Notes under the pieces: generated by a model | The model's database searches: none | What the model was told of the DNA's origin: nothing | Seen by the model: only the letters and a program-made list of their open reading frames with translations | NCBI GenBank assembly: GCA_963676795.2 | Contig: CAXXTB010000001.1 | Location: 288,001-352,000 of the forward strand | DNA length: 64,000 nt | DNA from: Geopsychrobacteraceae bacterium | Lineage (GTDB): Bacteria > Desulfobacterota > Desulfuromonadia > Desulfuromonadales > Geopsychrobacteraceae | Direction: 5' to 3' | Shown: piece by piece, positions 37,706 through 47,721 of the stretch | How the letters are laid out: each line of letters opens with the position of its first letter | How positions within the stretch are numbered: position 1 is the stretch's first letter | Translations under genes and position numbers: made by a program

Positions 37706-39472
37706 ATGAAGAAAACGAGAATGCGCTATATGGGCTTCCTGCTGCTCCTGTTGGTTGGGTTGGCAGGCTGTCACACCAAGGGGATTCAGACTGATGATCA
37801 GGCTGCTGACCAGACAATCGCCCTGACCCACCTGGCCAGTACGGCCTCTCAGGCCTTTGACGAAAGCGCAGCCGAAATTGTCACCTTTGATGCTGCCAAT
37901 AAAAACATCCTGGTCGTCAATGCCAATTCAGGGCATATCGACCTGTTCTCAGCCAAATCGTTGACGGCTCTTGAGGGTGCCAATCCAACAGCAACGATCA
38001 ATCTGGGCGCTATGCTGGCAGAAAACGGCAAAGTGGCCGATGAGGCGTTGGTCGGAGCTGCCAACAGCGGCGATCTTTTTGGCAACCTCGCGGCTGTCGC
38101 CGTTGAGGCCGCCACCAAGACCAATGCCGGATGGGTTGTGTTTTTTGACCCGACGACTCTCCGTTACGTCAACGCTGTTCAGGTTGGTGCCCTGCCGGAC
38201 ATGCTCACCTTTACTCCAGACGGCAGCAAGGTCGTCGTCGCCAACGAGGGGGAACCGGATCCCGGCTATCAGAATGATCCGGAAGGAAGCGTCAGCATCA
38301 TCAGTGTCGCCGATTACAGTGTGACCAGGGTCGGTTTCAGCGATTTCAACAACGGCGCAGCCCGTCATGCTGAATTACCGACAGACAAAATGATCATCGA
38401 TGGTGTCAATGCGACAGTCGCCAAAAGCTTCGAACCTGAATACATCACAGTCGCTGAGGACAGCTCAAAGGCCTATGTCACCCTGCAGGAAAACAACGCA
38501 ATTGCCGTCATCGATCTGGCCAGCGCCAGCGTCGATAAAATCATCGGCCTCGGCTTTAAGGATCACTCTCTTCCCGGTCATGAGCTGGACGCCAGCCAGA
38601 AGGATGGCCTGAACATGAAAAGCTGGCCGGTCATGGGCATCTACATGCCGGACTCCATCACCTCGTTCAGCTATAAGGGAAAAACCTACCTGCTGACCGC
38701 CAACGAAGGAGACAGCCGCCAGGATTGGCTTGAGGGCGTTGCTCAGCAGGACTGTGAAGCGGCAGGCTATTATTACGATGCCGCTGATGGTGATGAAGAT
38801 CCTGAAACTCTCTGTGTGGATGAGTTCAATGCCAAAGACTTCTGGAATAAAACCACCCATAACGTCACACTCAACTCCGGCATGGACAACGATGGTTTCG
38901 GCGATAAGAAATCCGGCCTGCAACGGCTGAAATTTTCCTATTTCACCACCGTCAGGATGAACGGCGGCACCAACTTTGAAAAACTCTATGCCTACGGGGC
39001 TCGTTCCTTCTCGATCTGGGACGCGGCAAGCGGCGAGCTGATCTATGATTCGGGCAGTGACTTCGAACGCATCACCGCCGGGATTTACGGAGACAATTTC
39101 AACAACGACAATGCCGAAAACACCGGCGATGACCGCAGTGACAACAAGGGGCCGGAGCCGGAAGGCATTGCCGTGGGCAAGATCAATGGCCGCACTTATG
39201 CCTTCATCGGCCTGGAGCGCATGGGCGGCATCATGGTCTACGATGTCTCCAATCCCTATGCGCCGGAATATATCCAGTACATCAATAACCGCGATGTGAG
39301 CATCGATTTCTCTGCTGGCTATGACAGCAAAGTCGGCGACCTCGGTCCTGAAGGTGTCCACTTTGTAACCGCGACTGACAGCCCGAACGGTAAGCCTCTT
39401 GTCCTGGTCGGCAATGAAGTCAGTGGCACGACCGCTGTTTATCAGATCGATGTGACCAGAATGCAGAAATAA
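37706..39472 (+). CDS. Choice-of-anchor-I (beta-propeller) alkaline phosphatase-like lipoprotein
   Basis: LAGC lipobox; AAEI, GALPDM, ANEGEP, EPEY, LQENNA, RSDNKGPEPE, GPEG, NEVSGT. Confidence 0.87.
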   Translation: MKKTRMRYMGFLLLLLVGLAGCHTKGIQTDDQAADQTIALTHLASTASQAFDESAAEIVTFDAANKNILVVNANSGHIDLFSAKSLTALEGANPTATINLGAMLAENGKVADEALVGAANSGDLFGNLAAVAVEAATKTNAGWVVFFDPTTLRYVNAVQVGALPDMLTFTPDGSKVVVANEGEPDPGYQNDPEGSVSIISVADYSVTRVGFSDFNNGAARHAELPTDKMIIDGVNATVAKSFEPEYITVAEDSSKAYVTLQENNAIAVIDLASASVDKIIGLGFKDHSLPGHELDASQKDGLNMKSWPVMGIYMPDSITSFSYKGKTYLLTANEGDSRQDWLEGVAQQDCEAAGYYYDAADGDEDPETLCVDEFNAKDFWNKTTHNVTLNSGMDNDGFGDKKSGLQRLKFSYFTTVRMNGGTNFEKLYAYGARSFSIWDAASGELIYDSGSDFERITAGIYGDNFNNDNAENTGDDRSDNKGPEPEGIAVGKINGRTYAFIGLERMGGIMVYDVSNPYAPEYIQYINNRDVSIDFSAGYDSKVGDLGPEGVHFVTATDSPNGKPLVLVGNEVSGTTAVYQIDVTRMQK

Positions 39473-39479
39473 ACTCTGA

Positions 39480-39520
39480 ACGTGAAATGGCCTTGCAAAG
39501 TCTGCAAGGCCATTTCACGT
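39480..39520. terminator. Long perfect hairpin after the phosphatase gene
   Basis: acgtgaaatggccttgca-aagtc-tgcaaggccatttcacgt. Confidence 0.6.
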
Positions 39521-39779
39521 CTGGGCAAGTCGTTTCTCTCATTTTCACAGAACAGCAAAACCAACCTCACTTTTTCAGGTATCAGACAACCCCTCATCTC
39601 CCGCTGACCAAAACAGTTCTTGGTGCCGGTCCTCAGGGCGAGACGGTCATTTTTGAGTTCAACAAGAACAAACCGGAAGAAACCGATCGCCTGATCAAGA
39701 CCTACCAGAGATAGAACCGGATTGTGACACCATGGCAGGGCAGCTGATCTGAACGCCCTGCCCGATCCGTTCGTCAAAT

Positions 39780-39811
39780 AAAAGCCGGCAATATGAACAC
39801 TGCCGGCTTTT
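39780..39811. terminator. Bidirectional terminator
   Basis: aaaagccggca...tgccggctttt. Confidence 0.75.
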
Positions 39812-39874
39812 GCTTATGCCGCGAGTAAAGTTTTTCAGCAGCCTCATGATATGACCAGCTGCGCGAGAAAAAAC

Positions 39875-41620
39875 TTAACGAAAAAAGGTCTCGAGTCCCG
39901 CTGTCTGTCCTTCACTGATCCCGGGAAAACGATGCCGTTGCCAACGTTTCAGCAGTGCGAACATCCAGCCACTGAGTGGGATCAGAAAACAGCGGTCAAA
40001 AAGCCGGTAGCCCGGCTGCCGCCGCAGAAAAAGACTGAAGAAAAAGCCTGTCGTGACCCAACGGATATGAAAAGGTGAAAAGTCACATTCTATCTGAAAC
40101 CCCTTGGGGTAACGCTTGCGATAGGCGCGCACCTTCGCTTTGATCTTTTCTTCCCTTTTTCGCCCTGCCTTCCCCAGGTAGAAACGCCGCAAGGCGATCA
40201 ACAGTTCAAAACTATCGAGTGCCATGGTCAACGGCTCCTGTTCAGAAGGAAAGTCAGACACCAGCTCACGCAGACGCCTGATAAGCTTGCGCTGCCTGAG
40301 GTCGCCCTGACGAAGCTGTTTGGGGTTGGTGATTGCAATCAAAAACAACAGCCGCAACGCTCGATTCACCAGCACCGTATCCCAGAAGATCCAGAGCAGC
40401 GGTGGTACGGAAACCCGCCGAAACCAGAACGACTGGCGGGCAAATGGGGCAAAATACCAGAGCTCATCGATCAGTTGATCAAAGCCGTTGACCAGCTCAA
40501 CAACCTGATCGACAGCCTTTTCCGGAAAACGCGTTGTGGCAAAGCGCTGTAAAATCTCCGGAGAAGAGATTCTTCCCGTAAACAGCTCGGCGACAGCCTG
40601 CGCATTCAGTTCATTCCATGGCGATGAATCATCCAGAAAGCTCAGCCGGTCAAAATGAGACCAGCCCCCGGTTTGGCACCAGACCATGACACCCCGTAAT
40701 GTTCGGCAGCTTTGCAGCTGGTTGCGGATCTGTTCATATTGGCGCCCGACATAAGCGGGAAAGAGCCCGAACCCTTCGTATTCACGGCGCGCCTGAAGTT
40801 CGATGATCTGCATATGCGGACAGACGGGAATATAGTCATTCAGGGGCTGATAACGAAAAAAATCTCCGGCTCCGTACTTGTGCGACAAAACCAGGGCGGA
40901 CGATTCTATACCCGCCAAAGCAGCTTCAAGGGTCTTCCGATTCCAGTTCAGATCGCCGATCGAGTAGGCCCCCAGGCCCCAGGTACGAAAGATGAGCAGC
41001 TTTTGCTGAGCTTCAAAAACCGGTAGCAGGTTCTTAAGCCAGCGGTTGCACTGGCGGGCACTGCGAATGGTGAGTCGGCTCTTGAACGCTGAAACAACAT
41101 CCTCGCCATCGGGTTCGCCGATTCTGGTCACGACCCCATCGATCATAGGAAACAGATCGAACAGACGTTCAATGGCCTCGCACAACAGTTCGCGCATGGC
41201 CCTGTCACGCCCTCTGGTGTGGGATTCAATATGAGGGTTCCAGAACATGATGTCCGTGGTTATGAAGATTTTCAACCCGCAGGACTGAGCGATCTTGAAG
41301 ACCTTGCGAAATAATTTCTGATAGGAATGAACTGTACGGCTTAATCGATATGGATAGAAGTCGAACAGCGTCAGGTGAGCAAGATCATCGAAGGTGATGG
41401 CACTATAGCCTGCGGCTTTGACGCGTTGACAGTAAAGACTCAGCGCCTGGGTAATCTGCGCCTTGACCCTGGTGGAGATTTTTCCATGCTCCGCCAACTC
41501 CGGCAGGGGCGCCTTTGACCAGTTCCGACTATGGCCATCGACGACAGGTACAAAAAACGGTGCAGAGCCATCGACCAGCAACAGATCACGCTTATGTTGA
41601 GTTTGATTTAGATCCGTCAT
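39875..41620 (-). CDS. Hypothetical cytoplasmic protein, possibly GH67 (alpha-glucuronidase)-like
   Basis: ~580-aa ORF; RIGEPDG, IFRTW, KYGAGDF, ELQARREYEG recall the GH67 catalytic region; family call tentative. Confidence 0.6.
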   Translation of the reverse strand: MTDLNQTQHKRDLLLVDGSAPFFVPVVDGHSRNWSKAPLPELAEHGKISTRVKAQITQALSLYCQRVKAAGYSAITFDDLAHLTLFDFYPYRLSRTVHSYQKLFRKVFKIAQSCGLKIFITTDIMFWNPHIESHTRGRDRAMRELLCEAIERLFDLFPMIDGVVTRIGEPDGEDVVSAFKSRLTIRSARQCNRWLKNLLPVFEAQQKLLIFRTWGLGAYSIGDLNWNRKTLEAALAGIESSALVLSHKYGAGDFFRYQPLNDYIPVCPHMQIIELQARREYEGFGLFPAYVGRQYEQIRNQLQSCRTLRGVMVWCQTGGWSHFDRLSFLDDSSPWNELNAQAVAELFTGRISSPEILQRFATTRFPEKAVDQVVELVNGFDQLIDELWYFAPFARQSFWFRRVSVPPLLWIFWDTVLVNRALRLLFLIAITNPKQLRQGDLRQRKLIRRLRELVSDFPSEQEPLTMALDSFELLIALRRFYLGKAGRKREEKIKAKVRAYRKRYPKGFQIECDFSPFHIRWVTTGFFFSLFLRRQPGYRLFDRCFLIPLSGWMFALLKRWQRHRFPGISEGQTAGLETFFR

Positions 41621-42072
41621 AACCAACAACCAACCCCTGGAAGAAAATAATCTGTCATGCTCTCACACCATAGATCATCCAAATGCCCGTCCCCCTCCAA
41701 CATTTGCTTTTCCAGATTCAAATTTTTAGAATTTAAGATCTTAATCTTTTTCTTTTGATGAGCAGGATACGAGGAAATCATGAGTTTTTAAGGATCTCAT
41801 CACCTGTTTCCACGACATTCTCAGCCAAAGTAAATTTCCAGTCGATTTAATGCGCTTCTAACACTCTTCTTGCTTCCTCCTTACATTCAACTGGTTATCT
41901 CAGCTCGTTCTTGCAAGCGACAAACTAACTGTTTTTATTGATTTTTGATTCCATGAATTGAATTCCCTGCATGAATTAATCCTGAGACGATCTCACAGAT
42001 TAAATCAAAACAACCCCTTTGCGCTGCGCTGTGGCGGTGCGCACTAACCTGGCTTTCCGTAGGAGGAAACTG

Positions 42073-43014
42073 ATGAAGATGTTCGTTTCAAAAATGATTT
42101 TGGCCCTGATCGCAACCGCTCTGGTTGCCAGCAGCGCTTCCGCTGCTACCGTCTACGAAAAAGACGGTTTCAAGTACCAGATTAAAGGCGACTGGCAGAT
42201 CCAACTGCGTCAGGACGCTGGTGATGATCAGCACCTCGACGTTGAGTACGATGACCTCGAGATCAAGAACACCATTTCTTACGACCTGGGCAACAACCTG
42301 AGCGCTTTCGGCCAACTCGATTTCGGTGGTAAAAAGGCTGCTGACGAAGATGCCAAGTACATGCACCTTGAAGAAGCTTACGTCGGTCTGGCTTACCAGG
42401 ACTACAGCATCCTGATGGGTAAAACCACCAGCGCCGCTGATGAGTTCGGCGTTTACTCCGGCATGGAAGACTACGGCACTGATGAAGAAGCTTTCGAAGG
42501 TCACGGCGAAGAAAGTGGCGACGACCTGATCAAGGCCGAAGCCAGCATCGAAATGGTCAGCATCATCGCTGCTTACGAAGTTGAAGCTGAAAACGAAGTT
42601 AGCGAAGACACCTCTTTCTACGACATCTTCGTTTCCGCTGAGTTCGCCGGTTTCGAGCTGGGCGCAGCCTTCCAAAACATCGATGACGCAGACACCATCA
42701 TTTACGGTGTCAGCATTGCTTACGACGCCAAGATAGTCTGGGTTGGCGCTGACTACAGCATCGCTGATGTCGATGGCGATGAGTATACTGTCTGGAACAT
42801 CGCTGCGAGCGTTCCTGTTACTGAAAAAACCACTATCACTGCTGGTTTCAACATGAACGACAGCGACGTAGACGGTTACGAAGAAGTTTCTGAATACTAC
42901 GCTAACGTTCAGCACAAGCTCCACAAGAACGTCAAGGTCTTTGCTGAAGTCGGTAACAGCGACGAAGACGACTCTGACATGGGATATATGGCCGGTATGC
43001 AAATCAAATTCTAA
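42073..43014 (+). CDS. Gram-negative porin
   Basis: AGGAGG RBS, signal peptide, AATVYEKDG start, EAYVGL, C-terminal Phe; very acidic; highly biased codons. Confidence 0.9.
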   Translation: MKMFVSKMILALIATALVASSASAATVYEKDGFKYQIKGDWQIQLRQDAGDDQHLDVEYDDLEIKNTISYDLGNNLSAFGQLDFGGKKAADEDAKYMHLEEAYVGLAYQDYSILMGKTTSAADEFGVYSGMEDYGTDEEAFEGHGEESGDDLIKAEASIEMVSIIAAYEVEAENEVSEDTSFYDIFVSAEFAGFELGAAFQNIDDADTIIYGVSIAYDAKIVWVGADYSIADVDGDEYTVWNIAASVPVTEKTTITAGFNMNDSDVDGYEEVSEYYANVQHKLHKNVKVFAEVGNSDEDDSDMGYMAGMQIKF

Positions 43015-43052
43015 GCATCAATCCTGTTCCATTGAAATGTAAATGCGCTGGA

Positions 43053-43088
43053 GGGCGGTCACTAGCTGACCGCCCTTTCTCTGTTTTT
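43053..43088 (+). terminator. Porin terminator
   Basis: agggcggtca-ctagc-tgaccgccct followed by a T-rich tail. Confidence 0.75.
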
Positions 43089-43106
43089 CTCCCACTTGGA
43101 GCCGTT

Positions 43107-43703
43107 ATGAAAAAACCGTTTTTAATGTTTCTTGCCTGGCTGCTGCTCTCTCCTATAAGCAGCCAGGCCGATGTCCAGCTGTCCCTGCCCGCCAATGTCC
43201 GGGTTGTCGCCAGCAACGGCCAGAACAACAACGGCCAGAACAGCTTGACCCTGCCGGACGGAAAAAACCAGATCGCCTTGCGCTTTGAGGGGGAACTTGG
43301 GCGGGGCAAAGATGCCGAATATGTCTATTCCGAGGCAATCGTCGCCACCTTTGAGGCACGCAATGCCGACCTGCGCCTGAATATCCCTGAGATCAGAAGC
43401 AGTAATACCCTGAACAGCTTCAATAAGAATCCACAGATCGAGCTGACTGATGCGACAGGCAGGAGCGTCTCTTGCCAGACTGCTGTACTCAAAAAGGAGG
43501 GCTTCCAGATCCAGCGCGATTATGCTCAGGAGTTGGCCGAGTTCAACACCAGTGGGGCACCGGCTGCAATCCCGGCAGTGTCGATCCCGGCTCAACCAGC
43601 AGCCTCAGATCCGGCTATCGCCGGGCAGATGCTGCAATACTGGTATCAGCAGGCAGACGCCACCACCCGCACCGAGTTCAAGCGCTGGCTGGAAAAGCAC
43701 TAG
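43107..43703 (+). CDS. DUF2057/YccT family periplasmic protein
   Basis: Signal peptide; C-terminal MLQYWYQQAD..TR..FKRW. Confidence 0.85.
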   Translation: MKKPFLMFLAWLLLSPISSQADVQLSLPANVRVVASNGQNNNGQNSLTLPDGKNQIALRFEGELGRGKDAEYVYSEAIVATFEARNADLRLNIPEIRSSNTLNSFNKNPQIELTDATGRSVSCQTAVLKKEGFQIQRDYAQELAEFNTSGAPAAIPAVSIPAQPAASDPAIAGQMLQYWYQQADATTRTEFKRWLEKH

Positions 43704-43827
43704 CAGCGCTCCGGCGAGGCATGGCAATCTGAAACGGTTGCCATGTCAGCCATTGTTTGACCGGCATGACTGTCGGGGAGCTCAGGGGGAACAGCTGAGG
43801 GGTACTTCTCTCAAGGCCCGGAAATAC

Positions 43828-45093
43828 TCAGTTGAAAACCGCCGGAGACAGAAACGGTCGGTCCCACTGCCGGAGCTTATCTGAACTGGCCGGCATCCGT
43901 CCGTTGAAGTAGTGACAGGAACGATAGTAGAGCAGATCTTCCTTCCACAGACGGAAGAACTCGGGATCAGCCTGCCAGCGCCTGATCAACTTGAACGGTC
44001 GCCGCAGATCGACCAGTGGACTGAACAATTCTGAAGGATCACGAAAACATTCCCAGTCACATAGCCGGCAGTCATTTTTGTTGCTGCTGCTCATATCCAG
44101 CTCCGCCAGAGACCCGAGATCCTCCTGGCCCCGATAACCACAGGGGAAACAGTGACCGGTCTGGCTGTCGACAAAGAAGAAATCCTTACCGCCATGACAG
44201 GGGCTGCTCAATTCCGGTTGTTGGGAATACTGTCTGATCATGGCGTGCAGACTGCAGCGCGGAGTGAAGATGCGGATTTTGTCGCGATGCCCGGGGATTA
44301 CATCCTTCAGGGCGCTGAAAAGAGCCAGTTTTTCGGCAACACTGAAGGAAACAACCCGGTCAGATGCAGCAGCCGCGTACACGGCCGAACCATCGGCACC
44401 ATCATCGCTGTGCATCGGGTAACAGACGTTGACGATGGAAAAACCGAGATCTGTGACAAAATGATAGAAACGATCGAAAGCGGCTGTGAAAAAATCATAG
44501 TCAAAGTTGTCACGATCATTGTCATGACCCGCCAGGTTTCTGTTGATCCCCAGGTTCGCCGACAGGTAGATCCCCCGTTCGGCAAAGATCGGCAGGGCCT
44601 TTTCAATCCCCTTGATGACGCCCGGCAACTGGCGCATCTGCTCATGGGTTTGAACATCGGCAGAGTCGACGCTGACCCAGATGTTGCGCAACGGCGTCGC
44701 CGCCAGCTTGTCGGCCAGAGCCTTCATGCGCGAAGTAAAATCACTGCGCTCACTGTGGCGGAAGAGAAAACCGTTGGTTCCGGTTCTGATGTAGCGAATT
44801 CCGTTGTTACCGGCATGGCGGGCCAGTTTGCAGATGTCATCGATAAACAGAAAAGGTTCACCGCCGGTAAAGGAGAGAGCGGAAACCTTTCTCTCCACTG
44901 CAGCGTCGATGATCTGCCTGACCTGATCGTAACTCAACCTTGAGCGTTGAAACTGATTGGTCACCCGCATACCGCATTGGGGACAGCCGGCATTACAGTA
45001 ATCCGTATACTGAATGATCAACTGGCCGGGAATCCGGCCCTTAGCTATCAACCGCGCAAACTGCCCCAGGTCGCTGAGGTTCAGCATGGTCAA
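43828..45093 (-). CDS. Radical SAM protein with C-terminal Cys cluster (SPASM/twitch-like)
   Basis: CNAGCPQC, FTGGEPF, TNG; CHGG..CFPCGY..CRLCDWEC; abuts the glycosyltransferase stop. Confidence 0.9.
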   Translation of the reverse strand: MTMLNLSDLGQFARLIAKGRIPGQLIIQYTDYCNAGCPQCGMRVTNQFQRSRLSYDQVRQIIDAAVERKVSALSFTGGEPFLFIDDICKLARHAGNNGIRYIRTGTNGFLFRHSERSDFTSRMKALADKLAATPLRNIWVSVDSADVQTHEQMRQLPGVIKGIEKALPIFAERGIYLSANLGINRNLAGHDNDRDNFDYDFFTAAFDRFYHFVTDLGFSIVNVCYPMHSDDGADGSAVYAAAASDRVVSFSVAEKLALFSALKDVIPGHRDKIRIFTPRCSLHAMIRQYSQQPELSSPCHGGKDFFFVDSQTGHCFPCGYRGQEDLGSLAELDMSSSNKNDCRLCDWECFRDPSELFSPLVDLRRPFKLIRRWQADPEFFRLWKEDLLYYRSCHYFNGRMPASSDKLRQWDRPFLSPAVFN

Positions 45094-47525
45094 TTCACCA
45101 TCATGTTCGAAGCAAGCTTGAGCAGCTTTTTGATCGAGGCTTGCTGACGCTGGCGAGGAGAGGGTTTCAGCGATGCCGAATCCTGACGGGTCATGTCGTC
45201 AAGAATGCTGTCCCAGCTGAACCGGTTGACCACCCGTTTACGTGCCGCTTCGCCTAATTGCCGGCACAGAACACCACCATCCGCAAGATCATGGAGCATC
45301 TCGTCGAGCTTGACGACCCAGGGTTGGATCCTGTCAACCGCCAACGAGTAACCAGTTGCACCATCGACGATAATCTCTTTCGGGCCGCCAACATCAGAAA
45401 CAAGAGCAGGAATGGCACAGGCCTGGGCTTCAAGAACAACCATACCGAAGGTTTCGGTGATACTCGGAAAGACGAACAGGTCATGCTCGTTGTAGACCTT
45501 CGGCAGATGATCGTATTCTACGCGGCCCAGGAACTGGACATCGGGCAGATCACGACAGCTGAGCTGCAGTTCTTCCAGATAGGGACCGCTGCCGGCAATG
45601 GTCAGAGTCGTCCCCGGATGCAGAGTGCGAACCTTGCGGAACACCCTGATCAAAAAATCGATATTCTTGTCTTTCGAGACCCGGCCTGCGTAAAGCAGTC
45701 TGGCGGAGCTGTTCACGGCACGAAGCGACTTGTGGTCCGGTTTGAAGTGTTCAGTCCGTAAACCGCGCCTGAACAGCTGCATGTGGCGATAGCGATAACC
45801 GCGGCTTTTGAGTAACTGGACGTATTCTGAGGTTGGCACCAGCAGGGTATCCAGTTGGTTGTGGAACCAGATGTTGTATTGTTCGATCAGGTTCGAAACA
45901 GCCGGTTCAGCGATAATCGCTTCTGCTTCCGAAGTGAAATCGGTGTGGTAGATCCCCTTGACCGGTACTCCCAGCATCCGGCCAACCATCAGCCCCATCA
46001 GCCCGACAGGGCCCGGTGTCGAAATATAGATTTCATCGGGATCCTCTTCATAGACCTGCTTGAGCATCCTCAGCACCGAAGGCACATTGATCTTCAGATC
46101 TTCGTAATGTGGCAACGGGAAGGTATACAGTGGCTGAATATTGCGGGTTGTCGTCTGCGGCAGTTTTGCCGTGGCGTCACCATCGCTGAGGCTCGACAGA
46201 ACATGGATCGAATAATGCTTTTCCTCGGCCAGGCGGGCGATCGTCTGCAGAGTCATCGACACGCCATTGAGGTCGGTCAGGGTATCGGTGAGCCAGAGAA
46301 TCTTTTTCTGACCGCTGCCAACCTCTTTACCCCACGCCAGATTCAGCGCATTGATCAGCTGCCGATCGGCGAACATGTGCTTGAACGCCGAGAAAAAAGG
46401 AATCGACAAAAAGACACCCGGAATACTGGACGAGACCCCCTGAACAAACTGCAGGATATCCAGATCGTTGGCTTCGAGATTGATCGACTCCAACAGTGAG
46501 CGAAAGTACTGATCGGAGACATCGGCGATACAGTCGTAGAGCAGATTTAGGCGGCTGTCGATATCGTCCTGATCCAGCTGCTTACTGGCTTCGATCAGTC
46601 TGACGATGCTCTGGTAGATAAGGTTGTTCTTGTCCGACTTCATCTTGTTGATGCGTAAGCGGTCTTTGAAGCTCAGACGTTTGTCATTGAACAGATACTG
46701 GGTCAGATCGCTGATCGTCGAACGAGCAAAGGAGTTGCTTTTGTGCTGTGAAAAATCGAGAGCGATCTTGTATATGGCAAAAGTAAGCCCCTGAAAATCG
46801 TTCTGCCGTCCCTGCGGAGCCGTCTTCTGATCCTTGAGCTGCTGCAGAAATTCTTCCGGGGTCTTCGCCTCGGCAAAGGTACTGGTTTTGGCGATGAATA
46901 ATCCGGCATGGTCATCGGAGCCTCCGGTCAACCCTTTGACCCACGGATTGACTCCCCAGGGTTCGATCCCATGCTTGATGACCAGCCTTTCGATATCATG
47001 CTCAGTCAGCCCGAGTAGAACCTTGGACAGCACATCATTGTGCAGAATACTGCGACTGCCGTTACGCCCTTCGAAGTTATTGAAGAGCAGAATCAGCTTT
47101 TCAAGATGATCCAGAGTCAGGCGGCCATTGACGGAATAGGTTGCATGGGCGACGACACAGGCCAGATCTTGCTCACGCAGATAATCACGCAGCAGATAAA
47201 TATTCAATCTCAGCTTCTGGATACGGGCAAATTGATCGCGATTCAAACCATAGATCAGAATGTGAACCTTGCATCCATCTTCGGGAAAATACGCAGTTGA
47301 CTCAACACCGGTAAAACAATGCTTTGGATAACGAGAGGTCAGATCGAAAGAGGCGTCGATGCGATTATGATCGGTGACGGTGACGAAATCCATTCCACGT
47401 TTTCGGGCCGTCTTGTAAAGAAAATCGGGATCCGTATAGGACTCAGAAGCGCCAAGACGTTGCAGAAACCATTCTGAAGGGTGATTTGAAAACTTAGAAT
47501 GAACATGTAGATCAACATTTGCCAT
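45090..47525 (-). CDS. PHP-domain / GT4 glycosyltransferase fusion
   Basis: DLHVHS, TDHN, GVE, AH, GGSDDH (PHP); YAGRVSKDKN, ETFGMVVLEAQA (GT4); GGAG RBS before ATG 47525. Confidence 0.9.
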   Translation of the reverse strand: MANVDLHVHSKFSNHPSEWFLQRLGASESYTDPDFLYKTARKRGMDFVTVTDHNRIDASFDLTSRYPKHCFTGVESTAYFPEDGCKVHILIYGLNRDQFARIQKLRLNIYLLRDYLREQDLACVVAHATYSVNGRLTLDHLEKLILLFNNFEGRNGSRSILHNDVLSKVLLGLTEHDIERLVIKHGIEPWGVNPWVKGLTGGSDDHAGLFIAKTSTFAEAKTPEEFLQQLKDQKTAPQGRQNDFQGLTFAIYKIALDFSQHKSNSFARSTISDLTQYLFNDKRLSFKDRLRINKMKSDKNNLIYQSIVRLIEASKQLDQDDIDSRLNLLYDCIADVSDQYFRSLLESINLEANDLDILQFVQGVSSSIPGVFLSIPFFSAFKHMFADRQLINALNLAWGKEVGSGQKKILWLTDTLTDLNGVSMTLQTIARLAEEKHYSIHVLSSLSDGDATAKLPQTTTRNIQPLYTFPLPHYEDLKINVPSVLRMLKQVYEEDPDEIYISTPGPVGLMGLMVGRMLGVPVKGIYHTDFTSEAEAIIAEPAVSNLIEQYNIWFHNQLDTLLVPTSEYVQLLKSRGYRYRHMQLFRRGLRTEHFKPDHKSLRAVNSSARLLYAGRVSKDKNIDFLIRVFRKVRTLHPGTTLTIAGSGPYLEELQLSCRDLPDVQFLGRVEYDHLPKVYNEHDLFVFPSITETFGMVVLEAQACAIPALVSDVGGPKEIIVDGATGYSLAVDRIQPWVVKLDEMLHDLADGGVLCRQLGEAARKRVVNRFSWDSILDDMTRQDSASLKPSPRQRQQASIKKLLKLASNMMVN

Positions 47526-47721
47526 AATTTTCTCCGTTATCAGTTTTACGTGATTATCCGCAGAGAAATTAGCGGACGATGAGTACTGTGTAAGGTTCAT
47601 ATTGATTTGGCGATAGGGGAACGCCCATGTAGGAAAAATTGGGACGGCCCCCCACTGCCTTGCGCTCAAGGGCAATAAACAGGGGGGATGAACAAATCTG
47701 TGTACATCGAGCAGGCTGGAC

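Noticed and set aside
39487..39780. 75-aa ORF and adjoining coding-like sequence after the phosphatase
   Set aside because: The start lies inside a hairpin with no RBS; may be a gene remnant, but no family is recognisable
47648..47690. Long hairpin between yibE/F and the glycosyltransferase
   Set aside because: No T tail and no riboswitch consensus; probably an mRNA stability hairpin, too little evidence to call
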